Source of the DNA: an uncultured Gemmatimonadales bacterium
Lineage (GTDB): Bacteria; Gemmatimonadota; Gemmatimonadetes; Longimicrobiales; Gaopeijiaceae
Assembly: GCA_963809895.1 (NCBI GenBank)
Contig: CAWELD010000003.1
Coordinates: 3,136,001-3,200,000 of the forward strand
Length of the DNA: 64,000 nucleotides
Reading direction: 5' to 3'
The translations under genes and the position numbers were made by a program. Positions 9,710 through 21,668 of the stretch are shown in pieces. Position 1 is the stretch's first letter. The number at the start of each line of letters is the position of its first letter. Below the pieces are notes generated by a model. The model was given only the letters and a program-made list of their open reading frames with translations, did not search any database and had not been told where the DNA came from.

Positions 9710-10895
9710 CGCCGACGCCAGCACGGGAACCGCCGCGTCCAAGCCCCAGTTGCCGAGTGCCACGCAGACGTTGCGGGCGAACCCGGAGCGTCCTGCACGT
9801 CGGATGGCGGAGCCGCGGGAGAACGATCCCCAGGAGGACTCGTCGAGAGCGGTCGTCAGCAGGTCGATCAGCGACGGCGAGGAGGTGCCGGGGTACCAGA
9901 CGTCCGACGGGAGCGGGCTCCACGCCGAACGGTGGTTGTCCTGGCGATCGGGCAGAGTATGCGGGCTCGGAGGAGGGGGTTGAGAACTTACGGGTAAACG
10001 GACACACCTCCTGGCAGATGTCGCAGCCGAACACCCGGTTCCCCATGAGGGGGCGGAGCTCTTCGGGAATCGCGCCACGGTGCTCGATGGTCAGGTAGGA
10101 GATGCACCGGGTTGCGTCCATGACCGGCGCGCCGTCCTCGTCGCGTCCCAGGAGCGCGCCCGTGGGGCAGGCGTCGAGGCACGCCCGGCACGAGCCGCAG
10201 TGGTCCGCCTCGAAGGGCTCGTCGGGGGGCAACTCCACATCCAGCAGCAGCACGCCCAGGAAGAACCACGAGCCTCGCCGGGGATGGATGAGCATGGTGT
10301 TCCGGCCGAACCAGCCGAGGCCGGCGCGCTGTGCCAAGTCCCGCTCGAGAATCGGGCCGGTGTCGACGTAGGCGCGGCCCGCGACTGCGGCGGGCGCCTC
10401 GGCGCCCTCTCTCCGCGCACCACCACCCGCGCCATCCGCGCCGCCGCCCGGCGGCCCGCCGACCCGCTCGTCTCCACCAGCACGCGCCCCCACTTCTCCC
10501 TCCAGCCACCGCAGCAATCCGAACAGCTTCTTCTTCACCACCTTGTGGTAGTCCCGTCCGCGCGCGTAGCGGGCGATGACGCCCACCCCGGGATCCCCCG
10601 GGACTCCGGGTGCGTCCTCCTGGAAGTACTCGTGGGCCACCACCAGCACCGAACGGACGTCCTCGAAGGTGCCGCGCAGATCCTCGCGGCGAGCCACCGC
10701 CTCGGGGCGGGCGAGGTAGTCCATGTCGCCGTGGCGACCCTCGGCCAGCCAGCGGCGGAAGAACGCCCCGTGCCTCGACGCGTCCGGCCGCGCGATGCCG
10801 GCAAGCGAGAACCCGCGCCGCCGGGCCTCCTCCTTCAGGTCGTCCGCGAGCCTTCGCGCCAGCACCCGCCGCCGCGCCGCACCTTCGTCCGTCAC
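9538..10895 (-). CDS. queG: tRNA epoxyqueuosine(34) reductase QueG, chimeric (host 5' part plus element-borne 3' part)
   Basis: ARYARGRDYH, YVDTGPILER, AGLGWFGRN, CGSCRACLDACPT, RCISYLTIE, GCDICQEVCP motifs. GTG start overlaps the upstream TGA. The 3' part (9538-9996) needs two 1-nt corrections (~9917, ~9661) to read ...SFSRGSAIRRAGRSGFARNVCVALGNW...LQDPDPLVRGHAA.ALRCIDSADAA...RLPSPK*. Confidence 0.92.
9997..10014. repeat. Right att junction, 18-bp direct repeat
   Basis: Identical to 804-821; sequence composition changes at this point. Confidence 0.93.
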
Positions 10896-11992
10896 GCCGC
10901 CCGACCCCTCCGGTTGCGGGCCACCACGTCGAGAATGCGCTCGTGCTGCGCGAAGATCACGAGCTCGTCGCCCGCCGCCACGCGCTCGTCGGGCTCGGGG
11001 TCCACGGTGACGCTGCCGTGCCGGCACACCAGGACGATTTCCATGGTGTTGTCACGCTCCAGGTCGCCCACCGCTGCCCCAGCCAGGAACGAGCGCTCCC
11101 CGACCGTGAGCCGGATGGTCGAGTACTCCTCGCCGCCGATCTCCAGCGTCTGGGTGATCTCGATACCCAGCGCGGCCCCGGCGAAGGCGGGGGCCGACAG
11201 GTCGGCGGCGCTCATGACCGTGTCCACCATGCCGAAGCGCTGCATCTGATCGCCGATGGCCCGGTCCCACACCCGGGCCACCACCCGCACCTGACCGTTC
11301 AGCTCCCGCACCTTCATGACGGTCTCGAGGTTCACGCGGTCGTCGCCGGTGCACGCCACGAACACCTCCGCATGGGGCAGACCGGCGCGCTCGAGCGTGA
11401 TCGCCCGGCGGCCATCCCCCATAACCACGGGCACGTTCAAGCTCTCCAGCACCTCCTGCACTTCTTCGTTGGGACTGTGGTCCACCACCACCACCGGCAG
11501 TCCCATGTCCCGCAGGTCCCTCACCACACGCAGGCCCACGTGCCCGGCGCCGAAGACGATGGCGTGATTGCGATAGGTCATGGCCAGGGCCTCCCCCCAG
11601 CGGTCGCGGTTGTCGTCGCGGTTGAAGAACAGATCGAGAAAGTCCGCCGCGCCCAGGCCCACCAGCACGATGAACGTCACGGGCATGAGGTACCAGAACA
11701 GCGCCAGGTACCACGCCGACGGCACGTCTTCCGGGGCCTCCAGCAGCATGAGCTGCACGATGACGTAGGGGCGGTCGAACAGCGGGATCGCGGCGCCGCC
11801 GGCCAACCGGTGCAGCTCGCCGTAGACCAACCCCCCGATCGCCGTCACGAGCACGAATCCCCAGATCGAGACCCGGAACTCGCGCAGCAGCGCCAGGAAG
11901 TGGTAGCGCACCGCACTCACCCGTTGCACCGCACGGCGCAGGGCGGACACGCGCCGGGGCGCAGCCAGGCGACTGCCGACGACGCTGGACAC
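10892..11992 (-). CDS. TrkA/RCK-domain potassium channel family protein
   Basis: Two TM segments, then HAIVFGAGHVG Rossmann (TrkA_N) and a C-terminal TrkA_C (VAAGDELVIFA); GGAGG precedes GTG at 11992. Confidence 0.85.
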   Translation of the reverse strand: MSSVVGSRLAAPRRVSALRRAVQRVSAVRYHFLALLREFRVSIWGFVLVTAIGGLVYGELHRLAGGAAIPLFDRPYVIVQLMLLEAPEDVPSAWYLALFWYLMPVTFIVLVGLGAADFLDLFFNRDDNRDRWGEALAMTYRNHAIVFGAGHVGLRVVRDLRDMGLPVVVVDHSPNEEVQEVLESLNVPVVMGDGRRAITLERAGLPHAEVFVACTGDDRVNLETVMKVRELNGQVRVVARVWDRAIGDQMQRFGMVDTVMSAADLSAPAFAGAALGIEITQTLEIGGEEYSTIRLTVGERSFLAGAAVGDLERDNTMEIVLVCRHGSVTVDPEPDERVAAGDELVIFAQHERILDVVARNRRGRAA

Positions 11993-12159
11993 GGGTGGAG
12001 CCTCCCGGATGAAGGAAATGCCACCGCGGCGACACCCGGTGACGCGGCCCGCCGCGCGTGAAGGGTAGTCAACCCGACCCCGGACCGCACGGAACGTGTC
12101 TTGCTCTAGAGGAACTGGGGACCGCGGGATGGTTCGCATCCCCGATAGAGGAGGAAAAG

Positions 12160-12534
12160 ATGGAGGCAATTGGAGCAGCAGGTGGGCCATCGCCGAGGGC
12201 TACATCCCCGAGGAGAGCACGGGTCCCGAGCCCGCGATGACGAGCCACGAGACCGGCGTGCCTCCTCAACACCTCGGATCGGGACGCCCACGTGCGACAT
12301 CACGGTCTACTTCGCGCGACCGCGAGCCCGTCGGGCCCGTATCGCGTCACGGTCCCGCCCCGGCGCACCCGCCACGTCCGCTTCAACGACCTCGACGACC
12401 CGGAGCCGATCCCGCGGGGGACCGACTACGCCAGCGTGATCGAGTCCGACGTGCCCGTCGTGGTGCAGCACACGCGGCTGGACTCGCGGCAGGCGGAGAA
12501 CGCGCTCCTGACGACGATCGCCTATCACGAATGA
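12160..12534 (+). CDS. Anabaena sensory rhodopsin transducer (ASRT) family protein, frameshifted
   Basis: WAIAEGYIP...SHET, PYRVTVP.RRTRHVRFNDLDDPEPIPRGTDYASVIESDVPVVVQHTRLDSRQAENALLTTIAY; RBS GAGGA before the ATG at 12160. Confidence 0.85.
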
Positions 12535-12563
12535 CGATCCAGCCTGACGCCGGAGGAGGACCC

Positions 12564-14383
12564 ATGAGCCAGACCGTCGCCGACTATCTCGTGCACCGCC
12601 TCCGCGAGTGGGGCGTCGACCCGCATCTTCGGCTATCCCGGGCGACGGCATCAACGGGATCATGGGCGCCCTCAACCGCGCCGAGGACGAGGTCGAGTTC
12701 GTCCAGGCCCGGCACGAGGAGCTGGCCGCCTTCATGGCCTGCGCCCACGCCAAGTTCACCGGCGAGGTGGGCGTCTGCCTCGCCACCTCCGGGCCCGGCG
12801 CCATCCACCTGCTGAACGGCCTCTACGACGCCAAGATGGACCACCAGCCGGTGGTGGCCATCGTCGGCCAGCAGGCGCGCGCCGCGCTGGGCGGCGACTA
12901 CCAGCAGGAGGTGGACCTCGATCTCCCTGTTCAAGGACGTGGCGCACCACTACGTGCCACATGGCCACGACGCCGGAGCAGACGCGGCACCTGGTGGACC
13001 GCGCCGTGCGCATCGCGAAGGCCGAGCGCGACGTCACCTGCATCATCTTCCCCAACGACGTCCAGGAGCATCGACCACCGAGGAGCCCGCCCCGCGCGCA
13101 CGGCACGGTGCACTCCGGCGTCGGCTACACGGCCGCCGCGCGTGGTCCCGCACGACGAGCGACCTGCGAGCGCGCCGCCGACGTCCTCAACGAGGGCGAG
13201 CGGGTCGCGATGCTGGTCGGGCCAGGGCGCGCTCGGCGCCACGCGAGGAGGTGATGGAGGTCGCCGACCTGCTGGGCGCCGGCGTGGCCAAGGCCATGCT
13301 CGGCAAGGCGGTCCTCGACGACGACCTGCCCTACTGCACCGGCGCGCATCGGCCTGCTGGGCACCAAGCCGTCCTGGAACCTCATGCAGGACTGCGACAC
13401 GCTCCTCATGGTCGGCACGAGCTTCCCGTACTCGGAGTTCCTGCCCGCCCGAAGGCCAGGCGCGCGGCGTCCAGATCGACATCGAGCCCCCGCATGCTCG
13501 GCATCCGCTACCCGACCGAGGTGCAACCTGGTCGGGCGACGCGCAGGAGACGTTGCGCGCGCTGATGCCCCACCTGGACCGCAAGGCGGACCGCCGCTGG
13601 CGCGAGGACGATCGAGGAGGACGTGGCCGAGTGGTGGACAGCTGCTCGAGGCGCGCGCCATGAACGACGCCGATCCCGATCAACCCGCAGCGGGTCTTCT
13701 GGGAGCTCTCGCCGCGCCTTGCCCGACGACGTGCATCCTGGCGTCGGACTCGGGCTCGGCGGCCAACTGGTACATGCGCGACCTGAAGGTGCGGCCGGGC
13801 ATGATGGCGTCGCTCTCGGGCAACCTCGCCACCATGGGTCCGGGCGTGCCCTACGTCATCGCGGCCAAGTTCGCCCATCCCGACCGGCCCGGCGATCGCC
13901 CTGGTCGGCGACGGCGCGATGCAGATGAACGGCATCAACGGCCTGATCACCATCGCCAAGTACTGGAAGCGACTGGGAGGATCCCGCGCCTGATCGATGT
14001 GCGTGCTCAACAACCAGCGACCTGAACCAGGTGACCTGGGAGCAGCGCGTCATGGAGGGCGACCCCGAGTTCGAGGCGTCCCAGAACGTCCCCGGGCTTC
14101 CGCTACGCGCGACTACGCCGAGCGGCTCGGCCTCAAGGGCATCCGCGTCGAGGACCCGGAGGCGCTGGGCCGGCGCGTGGGACGCGGCGCTCTCCGCCGA
14201 CCGGCCCACCGTGCTCGACGTGCGAGACCGACCCGAACGTCCCGCCGCTGCCGCCCCACATCAGCTTCGAACAGGCGCGCAAGTTCGCCCGCTCCATGCT
14301 GGAGGGCGACCCGCACCGGCGGGGCGTGATCGAAGCAGAGGGTCAAGGAGATGGTCGAGACCCTCGTTCCGCGAGCAGCTGAG
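12564..14383 (+). CDS. Thiamine pyrophosphate-requiring enzyme (pyruvate oxidase/PoxB-like), many frameshifts
   Basis: MSQTVADYLVHRLREWGV, PGDGINGI, QARHEELAAFMA, ATSGPGAIHLLNGLYDAKMD, SGNLATMG and GDGAMQMNG...LNN motifs spread across frames. End is approximate. Confidence 0.85.
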
Positions 14384-14392
14384 GACGGCGCC

Positions 14393-15514
14393 GTGGGCTC
14401 CCCCGACCATCTCCCGGTGCCGGCGGTGGAGACCGAGGGCGTACTCGGTTCCCACCGACGCCCCGGAGTCGGACGGCACGCTGACCTGGGACGCCACGGG
14501 CCTGGTGGTGGTCCACGCCCGGGCCGGCGACGAGACCGGGCTCGGCTTCGCCTACACCATCGCCGGCCGCCGCCAGGCTCGTCGAGCAGCACGCTGGCGC
14601 CGGCGTTGGCGGGCGAGGACGCGCTGGCGCCGCGGGCGGCCTGGCATCGCATGTGGCACGCAGGTCCGCAACCTGGGTCGACCGGGGGTCGCGTCGTCGG
14701 CCATCGCGGCGGTGGACATCGCGCTGTGGGATCTGAAGGCCCGCCTCCTGGGCGTCCCGCTGGTGGACCTCTTCGGGGCGCTGCGCGCAGGCGATCCCGG
14801 CCTACGGAAGCGGGGGATTCACCTCGTACTCCGCTCGACCGGCTCCGGACGCAACTGGCCGGCTGGGCCGAAGCAGGGCTTCGCGCATGTGAAGATGAAG
14901 GTGGGGCGCGACCCCGACTGCCGACCCCGAGCGGGTGGCGGCCGCCCGCGAAGCCATGGGCGACGACGTGGCGCTCTTCGTGGACGCCAACGGCGCGCTA
15001 CGACCGCAAGCAGGCCCTGGCCTGCGACCGTCAGCTTCCGCGAGGAGTGGGGCGTCACGTGGATGGAGGAGCCGGTCTCCTCGGACGACCATGAAGGGCC
15101 TGCGGCTGCTCCGCGACCAGGGCCCCGCCGGGCATGGCACATCGCGGCCGGGGAGTACGGTGGGACCTGTTCGACTTCCGCGCGCTGCTGGAGGCGCGGC
15201 GCGGTCGACGTCGCTGCAGGCGGACGTCGGACCGCTGCGGCGGCTACACCGCCGTTCCTGCGGGTCGCCGCGCTGTGCGACGCCCACTGCGTCCCGCTGT
15301 CCGCCCACACGGCGCCGGCCTCCACACACCGGCCATGTGCGCCGTCCACCGCGCTATCCACGTCGAGTACTTCCACGACCACGCGCGCATCGAGTCCCTG
15401 CTCTTCGACGGAGCGCCTCGGCCCGAGGACGGCATGCTGCGCCCCCGCCGCGATCGGCCCGGGCATGGCCTGACCTTCAAACGATCGGATGCAGAGGACT
15501 ACCGTGTCACATGA
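14393..15514 (+). CDS. Mandelate racemase/muconate lactonizing (enolase superfamily) protein, frameshifted
   Basis: VPTDAPESDGTLTWD, AIAAVDIALWDLKARLLG, KMKVG, LFVDANGA, WMEEPVSSDD, AAGEYG, HVEYFHDH. Confidence 0.82.
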
Positions 15515-15557
15515 TGCCGAGGAGCGAGGAGAGGGCGGATCGAGATCGAGGGCGGTC

Positions 15558-18540
15558 GTGCTGCCCGTCGCAGGGCCGCGAGGCTTCAGCGGCGAGACCG
15601 CGGACGCGCGGCGCCTGGCCTCGGCGCTGACGGAGCCGCTGGAGGGAGACGTCCGCTTCGACGCAGGTCATCGGGCGGCGTACAGCCACCGATGCCTCCA
15701 ACTACCGCCAGCCACCGATGGGGGTGGTGCTGCCCCGGAGCAAGGAGGACGTGGAGCGCACGGTGGCGCATGTGCCGCGAGCACGGGGCGCCCGATCCTC
15801 GGCCGCGGAGGCGGCACGAGCCTGGCGGGCCAGTGCTGCAACGTGGCGGTGGTGCTGGATTTCACGCCGCTACATGAACCGGGTCCTGGAGATCGACCCG
15901 GAGCGCCGCATCGCCCGGGTGCAGCCGGGCTGCGTGCTGGACGACCTGCGCGAGGCGGCCGCCGAAGCACGGGCTGACCTTCGGGCCCGACCCGGCGACG
16001 CACGACCGCTGCACCCTCGGCGGAATGATCGGCAACAACTCGTGCGGCATCCACTCGGTCCATGGCGCACTGGCACCACGGCCCGCGCACCTCGGACAAC
16101 GTCTCGCGCCTCGAGGTCCTCACCTACGACGGCGCGCGCTTCTGGACCGGGCCGACCGACGACGAGGCTACCGGGCGCATCCAGGAGGCCGGCGGACGCC
16201 GGGCGGAGATCTACCGCGGACTGCGCGAGCTGCGTGAGCGACCACGCAGAGGAGATCCGCGCGCGCTATCCCGGACATCCCGCGGCGGGTGAGCGGCTAC
16301 AACCTGGACGAGCTGCTGCCGGAGAACGGCTTCAACGTGGCCCGGGCGCTGGTGGGCAGCGAGTGCACGCTGCGCTGATGGTCCTGGAAGCGGAGCTGCA
16401 CCTGATCCCCAAGCCCGCCGCCGACGCCCTGGTGCTGGTGGGCTACCGGGACGTCTACGAGGCCGCGGAGGACGTGCCCGACGATCATGGAGCTGCGAGC
16501 CCATCGGGCTGGAGGCGATCGACGAGCGGCTGATCGACTACATGAAGCGCAAAGGGCCTCAACGTCGAGGACCTGCGGGCTGCTGCCGGAGGGCAGCGCC
16601 TACCTGCTGGTGGAGTTCGGCGGCGACAGATCGCGAGGAGGCCGAGCGCGCGCGCCCAGGAATTCCGCGACGCCTTCGCGAGGACCGCGACGCGTCCCGT
16701 GGCGGTGAAGCTCTACGACGACCCCGAGGCCGAAGCGAAGGTCTGGGAGGTGCGCGAGTCGGGCCTGGGCGCGACGGCCTTCGTCCCGGGCATGCGCGCG
16801 ACACCTGGCCGGGTTGGGAGGACTCGGCGGTGCCGCCCGAACGGCTCGGGCGACTATCTGCGGGACTTCCGGCGCCTACTGGACGACCACGGCTACGACT
16901 GCTCCTTCTACGGCCACTTCGGCCAGGGCCTGCTGCACACCCGCATCGACTTCGCAGCTCGACCACCAGCCGCGGCATCCGCGCAGTTCATGCACTTCCT
17001 GAGGGACGCCGCCGGACCTGGTGACGTGCGCTACGGAGGCTCCCTCTCCGGCGAGCACGGCGACGGGCAGGCCCGCGGCGGCGCTGCTGTCGAAGATGTA
17101 CGGGCCGAGCCTCGACGGAGGCCTTCCGGACGTTCAAGCGCCTATGGGACCCCGAGTGGTAGGATGAACCCCGGGAAGGTCGTCGACGCCTGGCTCCCCG
17201 ACGAGAACCTGCGGGTCGGTGCCGGACTGGGAGCCCGAAGAGAACGCGGACACGTGGTTCGCCTTCCCGGACGACCACGGCAGCTTCGCCGCGGGCCACG
17301 CTCCGGTGCGTGGGCGTGGGGAAGTGTCGCCGTCACGGCGGCGGGACCATGTGTCCCAGCTACATGGCCACCCATGAGGAGCGGCACGCCACCCGGGGAC
17401 GGCGCGCATCCTGAACGAGATGATGCGCGGGCGAAGTCGTCACGCGACGGCTGGAGGAGCGAGGAGGCCCGGGAGGCCCTCGACCTGTGCCTGGCGTGCA
17501 AGGGATGCAAGGGCGACTGCCCCGTGAACGTCGACATGGCCACGTACAAGGCCGAGTTCATGGCGCACCATTACGAAGGTCGCCTCCGACCCCGCGCTCG
17601 CACTATGCCTTCGGGGGGATCTACTGGTGGTCGCGTTTGGCCTCTCACGCGCCCCGCCTGGTGAACTGGCTCGGGCGGACGCGCCCCCTTCTCGCGGCTC
17701 GCGAAGTGGGCGGCGGACGTGCATCCCCGCCGCACCATGCCGACCTTCGCGGAGCGGACCTTCAAGGACCTCTTCTTCTCCGAGCTCGCAGGGCGCGAAC
17801 CCCGACGGCCCGAAGGTCCTCTTCTGGGCCGACACCTTCAAGAACTACCTGCACCCCGAGCCCGCCATCGCCGCGGTGCGGGTGCTGCAGGCCCTCGGAT
17901 ATCAGCGTGGTCGGTCCCCGGCGCCGTCCCTGTGCTGCGGCCGCCCCCTCTACGACTTCGGCTTCCTGGGAAGGGCGAAGAAGCTGCTGCGGCAGACGAT
18001 GGAGGAGCTCCACGACGACATCGTCGATGGGCGTCCCCGTCGTCGGCGTCGAGCCGAGCTGCGTGGCCGCCTTCCGCGACGAGCTGCGTCGCAGCTCTTC
18101 CCGGAGGACCACGGTGGCCAGGCGGATGTCCCGCCAGACCTGGCTCTTCGGGGAGTTCCTCGATCGCTACGCGGCCGACGTCGATCTCCCGCGCCTGGGC
18201 GGCACCGCCCTGCTACACGGCCACTGCCACCAGAGGGCCGTGCTGGACTTCGACGCCGACCGCCGGGTCCTGGACCGGCTGGGGATCGAGGCCGAGCGTG
18301 CCCGAGTCCGGATGCTGCGGGATGGCCGGCCCCTTCGGCTTCGAGCGCGACCACTTCGATGTGAGCCAGGCGTGCGCGGAGCGGGTGCTCCTGCCCGCGG
18401 TACGCGACCGCGAAGACGGCGCGATGGTGGTCACCGACGGCTTCAGCTGCCGGACGCAGATCGAGCAGAACCATCGAAGGTGTGCGCCCGCTCAACCTGG
18501 CAGAGGTGGTATGGCGAGCCATGGAACGAGCACGGCATGA
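15558..18540 (+). CDS. FAD-binding and (Fe-S)-binding oxidoreductase (GlcD/GlcF-type fusion), frameshifted
   Basis: GRGGGTSLAGQ, GGMIGNNSCG, SLSGEHGDGQAR, MNPGKV, CLACKGCKGDCP, CCGRP, HGHCHQ, CCGMAG, DGFSCRTQI. Start is approximate. Confidence 0.85.
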
Positions 18541-18618
18541 CCGAGGAGGTCGGCCGGCCCCGACGGGCCTACCCGCAGGCCATGGGAACCCGATGAAGCG
18601 AAGCTGGAGGAGGAATCG

Positions 18619-19626
18619 ATGATCGGTGACAACGGACTGAAGAGGACGGGACGCGTGGTGGTGGTCACGGGTGGCACAGCCGGGGTGGGCCGGGCCACGG
18701 TGCAGGGCCTTCGCCGCCAACGGCGACGACGTGGCGATCCTGGCGCGGGGCGAGGACGGGCTGCGTGGGACGCGAGGGAGGACGTGGAGGCGCTCGGGAC
18801 GCCGCTGCCTCACGATCCCCACCGACGTCGCGGACGCCCGATCAGGTCGAGGCCGCCGCGGCGCGCATCGAGGAGGAGCTGGGGCCCATCGACGTCTGGG
18901 TGAACAACGCGATGACCACGGTGTTCGCGCCGCTGAAGGACATCGAGCCCGGACGAATACCGACGCGACCACGGAGGTCACCTACCTCGGCACGGTGTAC
19001 GGGACGATGGCGGCGCTGAGGCGCTTCCTGCCCCGCGACGGCGGCGTGATCGTCAGGTGGGCTCGGCCCTGGCCTACCGGGCCATCCCCCTGCAGGCGCC
19101 CTACTGCGGGGCGAAGCACGCGATCCGGGCCATGACCGACTCGCTCCGCTCCGAGCTGATCCACGACGGGAGCCGGGTGCACATCACCATGGTGCAACTC
19201 CCCGGGCTGAACACGCCGCAGTTCAACTGGTGCAGGACGAAGCTGCCCAACCACCCCCAGCCCGTGCCCCCGATCTATCCAGCCGGAGGTGGCGGCGGAG
19301 GGGATCGTGTGGGCGTCGAAGCACCGGCGGCGCGAGCTTGAGGGTGGGGATGCCGTTCGGTGAAGACCATCTGGGGCCAGAAGGTGGCGCCGGCATACAT
19401 GGACGAGTACCTGGCGGACGACACGTGGGAGAGGCCAGCAGATCGACGACGGATCCGGTGCGACGCGGACCGCCCGAGCAACCTGTTCGAGCCGGTGCCC
19501 GGCGACCATGGCGCGCACGGGCACCTTCGACGACCGCTCCGGAGCGAGAGCCCCAGCTGGAGCTGAACGAGCACGCTCTGGGCGGCGGTAGCGGTGGCAC
19601 TGGCGGCGGCGGGCTCGCGAGGTTGA
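18619..19626 (+). CDS. SDR family oxidoreductase, frameshifted
   Basis: VVVTGGTAGVGRAT, IDVWVNNAM, YCGAKHA (YxxxK), VQLPGLNTPQF. End is approximate. Confidence 0.85.
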
Positions 19627-19781
19627 GTTTATCGATCGGTGGCGGCGGCCGGGGATCTTTTGCCCGACAGAGGGAACACTACGTGGGAGAAGACGTCGAT
19701 CGAGGCCCGGCCGGTACGTGGACCGGGACCGAGGAGAAGGAGCGCCTGGATGGCGAACGATTCGATGAGCGAGTGCTGGAC

Positions 19782-21668
19782 ATGACCCGTGAATATCCTC
19801 CTATCGAAGACCACGCGATCATCGGGGACTGTCGAACGGCGGCCCTGGTGGACCGGGAAGGCACCATCGACTGGTTGTGCCTGCCGCGCTTCGATTCCCC
19901 CTCCGTCTTCGGATCGCTCCTCGACCACCGCCACGGCGGCTGCTTTCAGATCCGTCCCGCCGGGGCCTTCTCTGCCCACCGCCGCTACGAGGACGGCACC
20001 GCGGTCCTGGAGACCACCTTCGCGCAAGAACGCGGCGAGGTGATCCTCACGGACTGCATGCCGGTGGGCCCGGAGCACGAGACACACGGTGCGCCCCGGC
20101 CGTATCACCATCTGCTCCGGCGGGTGGAATGCACCCGGGGCGAGATGGCGCTGGAGATCGACTACCGTCCCCGGCCTGGGTACGGCGAGCGACAGGTGCC
20201 CCTGGACGACCGGGACAAGCTGGGACTCTGGTGCCAGTGGGACGCCGGCTCGCTGGTGCTCCACGCCGACGTGCCGCTGCAGGTGGAGGAGGACGGGCGA
20301 ACCGCCAGCGAGACGATCCTCCTGCAAGAGGGAGACGTCCGCTACTTCTCGCTCACCTACCAGAAGGGCGAACCCGCCCTGATCCTGCCGCTCGGCGAGT
20401 GGGCCGAGGCCCGCCTGGAGACTACGCGCGACTGGTGGCGGGACTGGTCGGCGCACATGCGCTACGACGGGCCTTACCGCGACATGGTGCTACGCAGCGC
20501 GCTCACCCTGAAGCTCCTCACCTACGCCCCCTCGGGAGCGGTGGTGGCGGCGGTGACGACGTCGCTCCCGGAAGTGGTGGGCGGCGAGCGCAACTGGGAC
20601 TACCGCTATTGCTGGCTCCGGGATGCGTCGTGGACCGTGCGCGCCCTCCACGAGCTCGGGTTCTCGGAAGAGGCGGCGGCGTTCCACAACTGGGTTCTCT
20701 ACGCCACGCGTCTCACGGCCCCCAAGCTGCGCGCGCTCTACGACATCCACGGGCATTCCGATCTCGCGGAACGCAGTCTCGAGCATCTGGAGGGGTACGA
20801 GGGCTCCAGCCCGGTGCGCGTGGGCAACGGCGCACACTCGCAGCTTCAGCTCGACGTCTACGGCGAGGTGGTGGCGGCGGCCTACGAGCACGCGCTCCGG
20901 GGAGGGCGCCTGGACGAGGCCCACCTGCACTTCCTGGTCGGCGTCGGTGAGGAGATCTGCAGGATCTGGCGCGAGCCCGACGAAGGGATCTGGGAGATCC
21001 GGGGACCGAGGCGGCACCACGTCTACTCGAAGGTCATGTGCTGGACCGCACTGGACCGGCTGGTGCACATGCACGAGTTGGGCTGGATCGAGGACATGCC
21101 GGTGGAGGAGTTCCGGGAGAACATGCGGGCCATCCGGGACGAGATCGAGACCCGGGGCGCCTCCGGCGAGCCGGGCCACTACGTGGCGGTCTACGACGAC
21201 GACGACATGGTGGACTCGGCGCTGCTGCGCATGCCCGCCACCGGTTACGTGCAGGCCTCCGACGAGCGCTTCCGGCGAACCTTCGACCACATCGTGACCG
21301 CCCTGGACCGGGGACACGGGCTGTTCGCTCGCTACACCCTCGACTTCGACGACCTGCCGGGCAAGGAGGGGGCCTTCGACCTGTGCGCCTTCTGGGTCGT
21401 GGAGTGCGAGGCGCTGGCGGGCAATCTGGCAGCCGCCCGCCGCCGGTTCCAAGACATCCTGGAGCGAGCAAACGACGTGGGGCTCTTCGCCGAGGAGACC
21501 GATCCGAAGACCCTGCGCTTTCTGGGGAACTTCCCCCAGGGCTTCGCCCACATCGGGCTCATCAACGCGGCGCTGACCCTGGCGGCCTGCCAGCCCGGGA
21601 GCGGCACCGCGGAACCGTGGGGCCACGAGGAGGCTCCCACCGGCGACGAGGCCCGGAGGGGTGCATGA
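19782..21668 (+). CDS. Glycoside hydrolase family 15 (trehalase/glucoamylase-like)
   Basis: IEDHAIIGDCRTAALV, IDWLCLPRFDSPS, TTSLPE..GGERNWDYRYCWLRD, QLDVYGE, DEGIWE, GLFAEE, LGNFPQGFAHIGLINAA. Confidence 0.93.
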   Translation: MTREYPPIEDHAIIGDCRTAALVDREGTIDWLCLPRFDSPSVFGSLLDHRHGGCFQIRPAGAFSAHRRYEDGTAVLETTFAQERGEVILTDCMPVGPEHETHGAPRPYHHLLRRVECTRGEMALEIDYRPRPGYGERQVPLDDRDKLGLWCQWDAGSLVLHADVPLQVEEDGRTASETILLQEGDVRYFSLTYQKGEPALILPLGEWAEARLETTRDWWRDWSAHMRYDGPYRDMVLRSALTLKLLTYAPSGAVVAAVTTSLPEVVGGERNWDYRYCWLRDASWTVRALHELGFSEEAAAFHNWVLYATRLTAPKLRALYDIHGHSDLAERSLEHLEGYEGSSPVRVGNGAHSQLQLDVYGEVVAAAYEHALRGGRLDEAHLHFLVGVGEEICRIWREPDEGIWEIRGPRRHHVYSKVMCWTALDRLVHMHELGWIEDMPVEEFRENMRAIRDEIETRGASGEPGHYVAVYDDDDMVDSALLRMPATGYVQASDERFRRTFDHIVTALDRGHGLFARYTLDFDDLPGKEGAFDLCAFWVVECEALAGNLAAARRRFQDILERANDVGLFAEETDPKTLRFLGNFPQGFAHIGLINAALTLAACQPGSGTAEPWGHEEAPTGDEARRGA

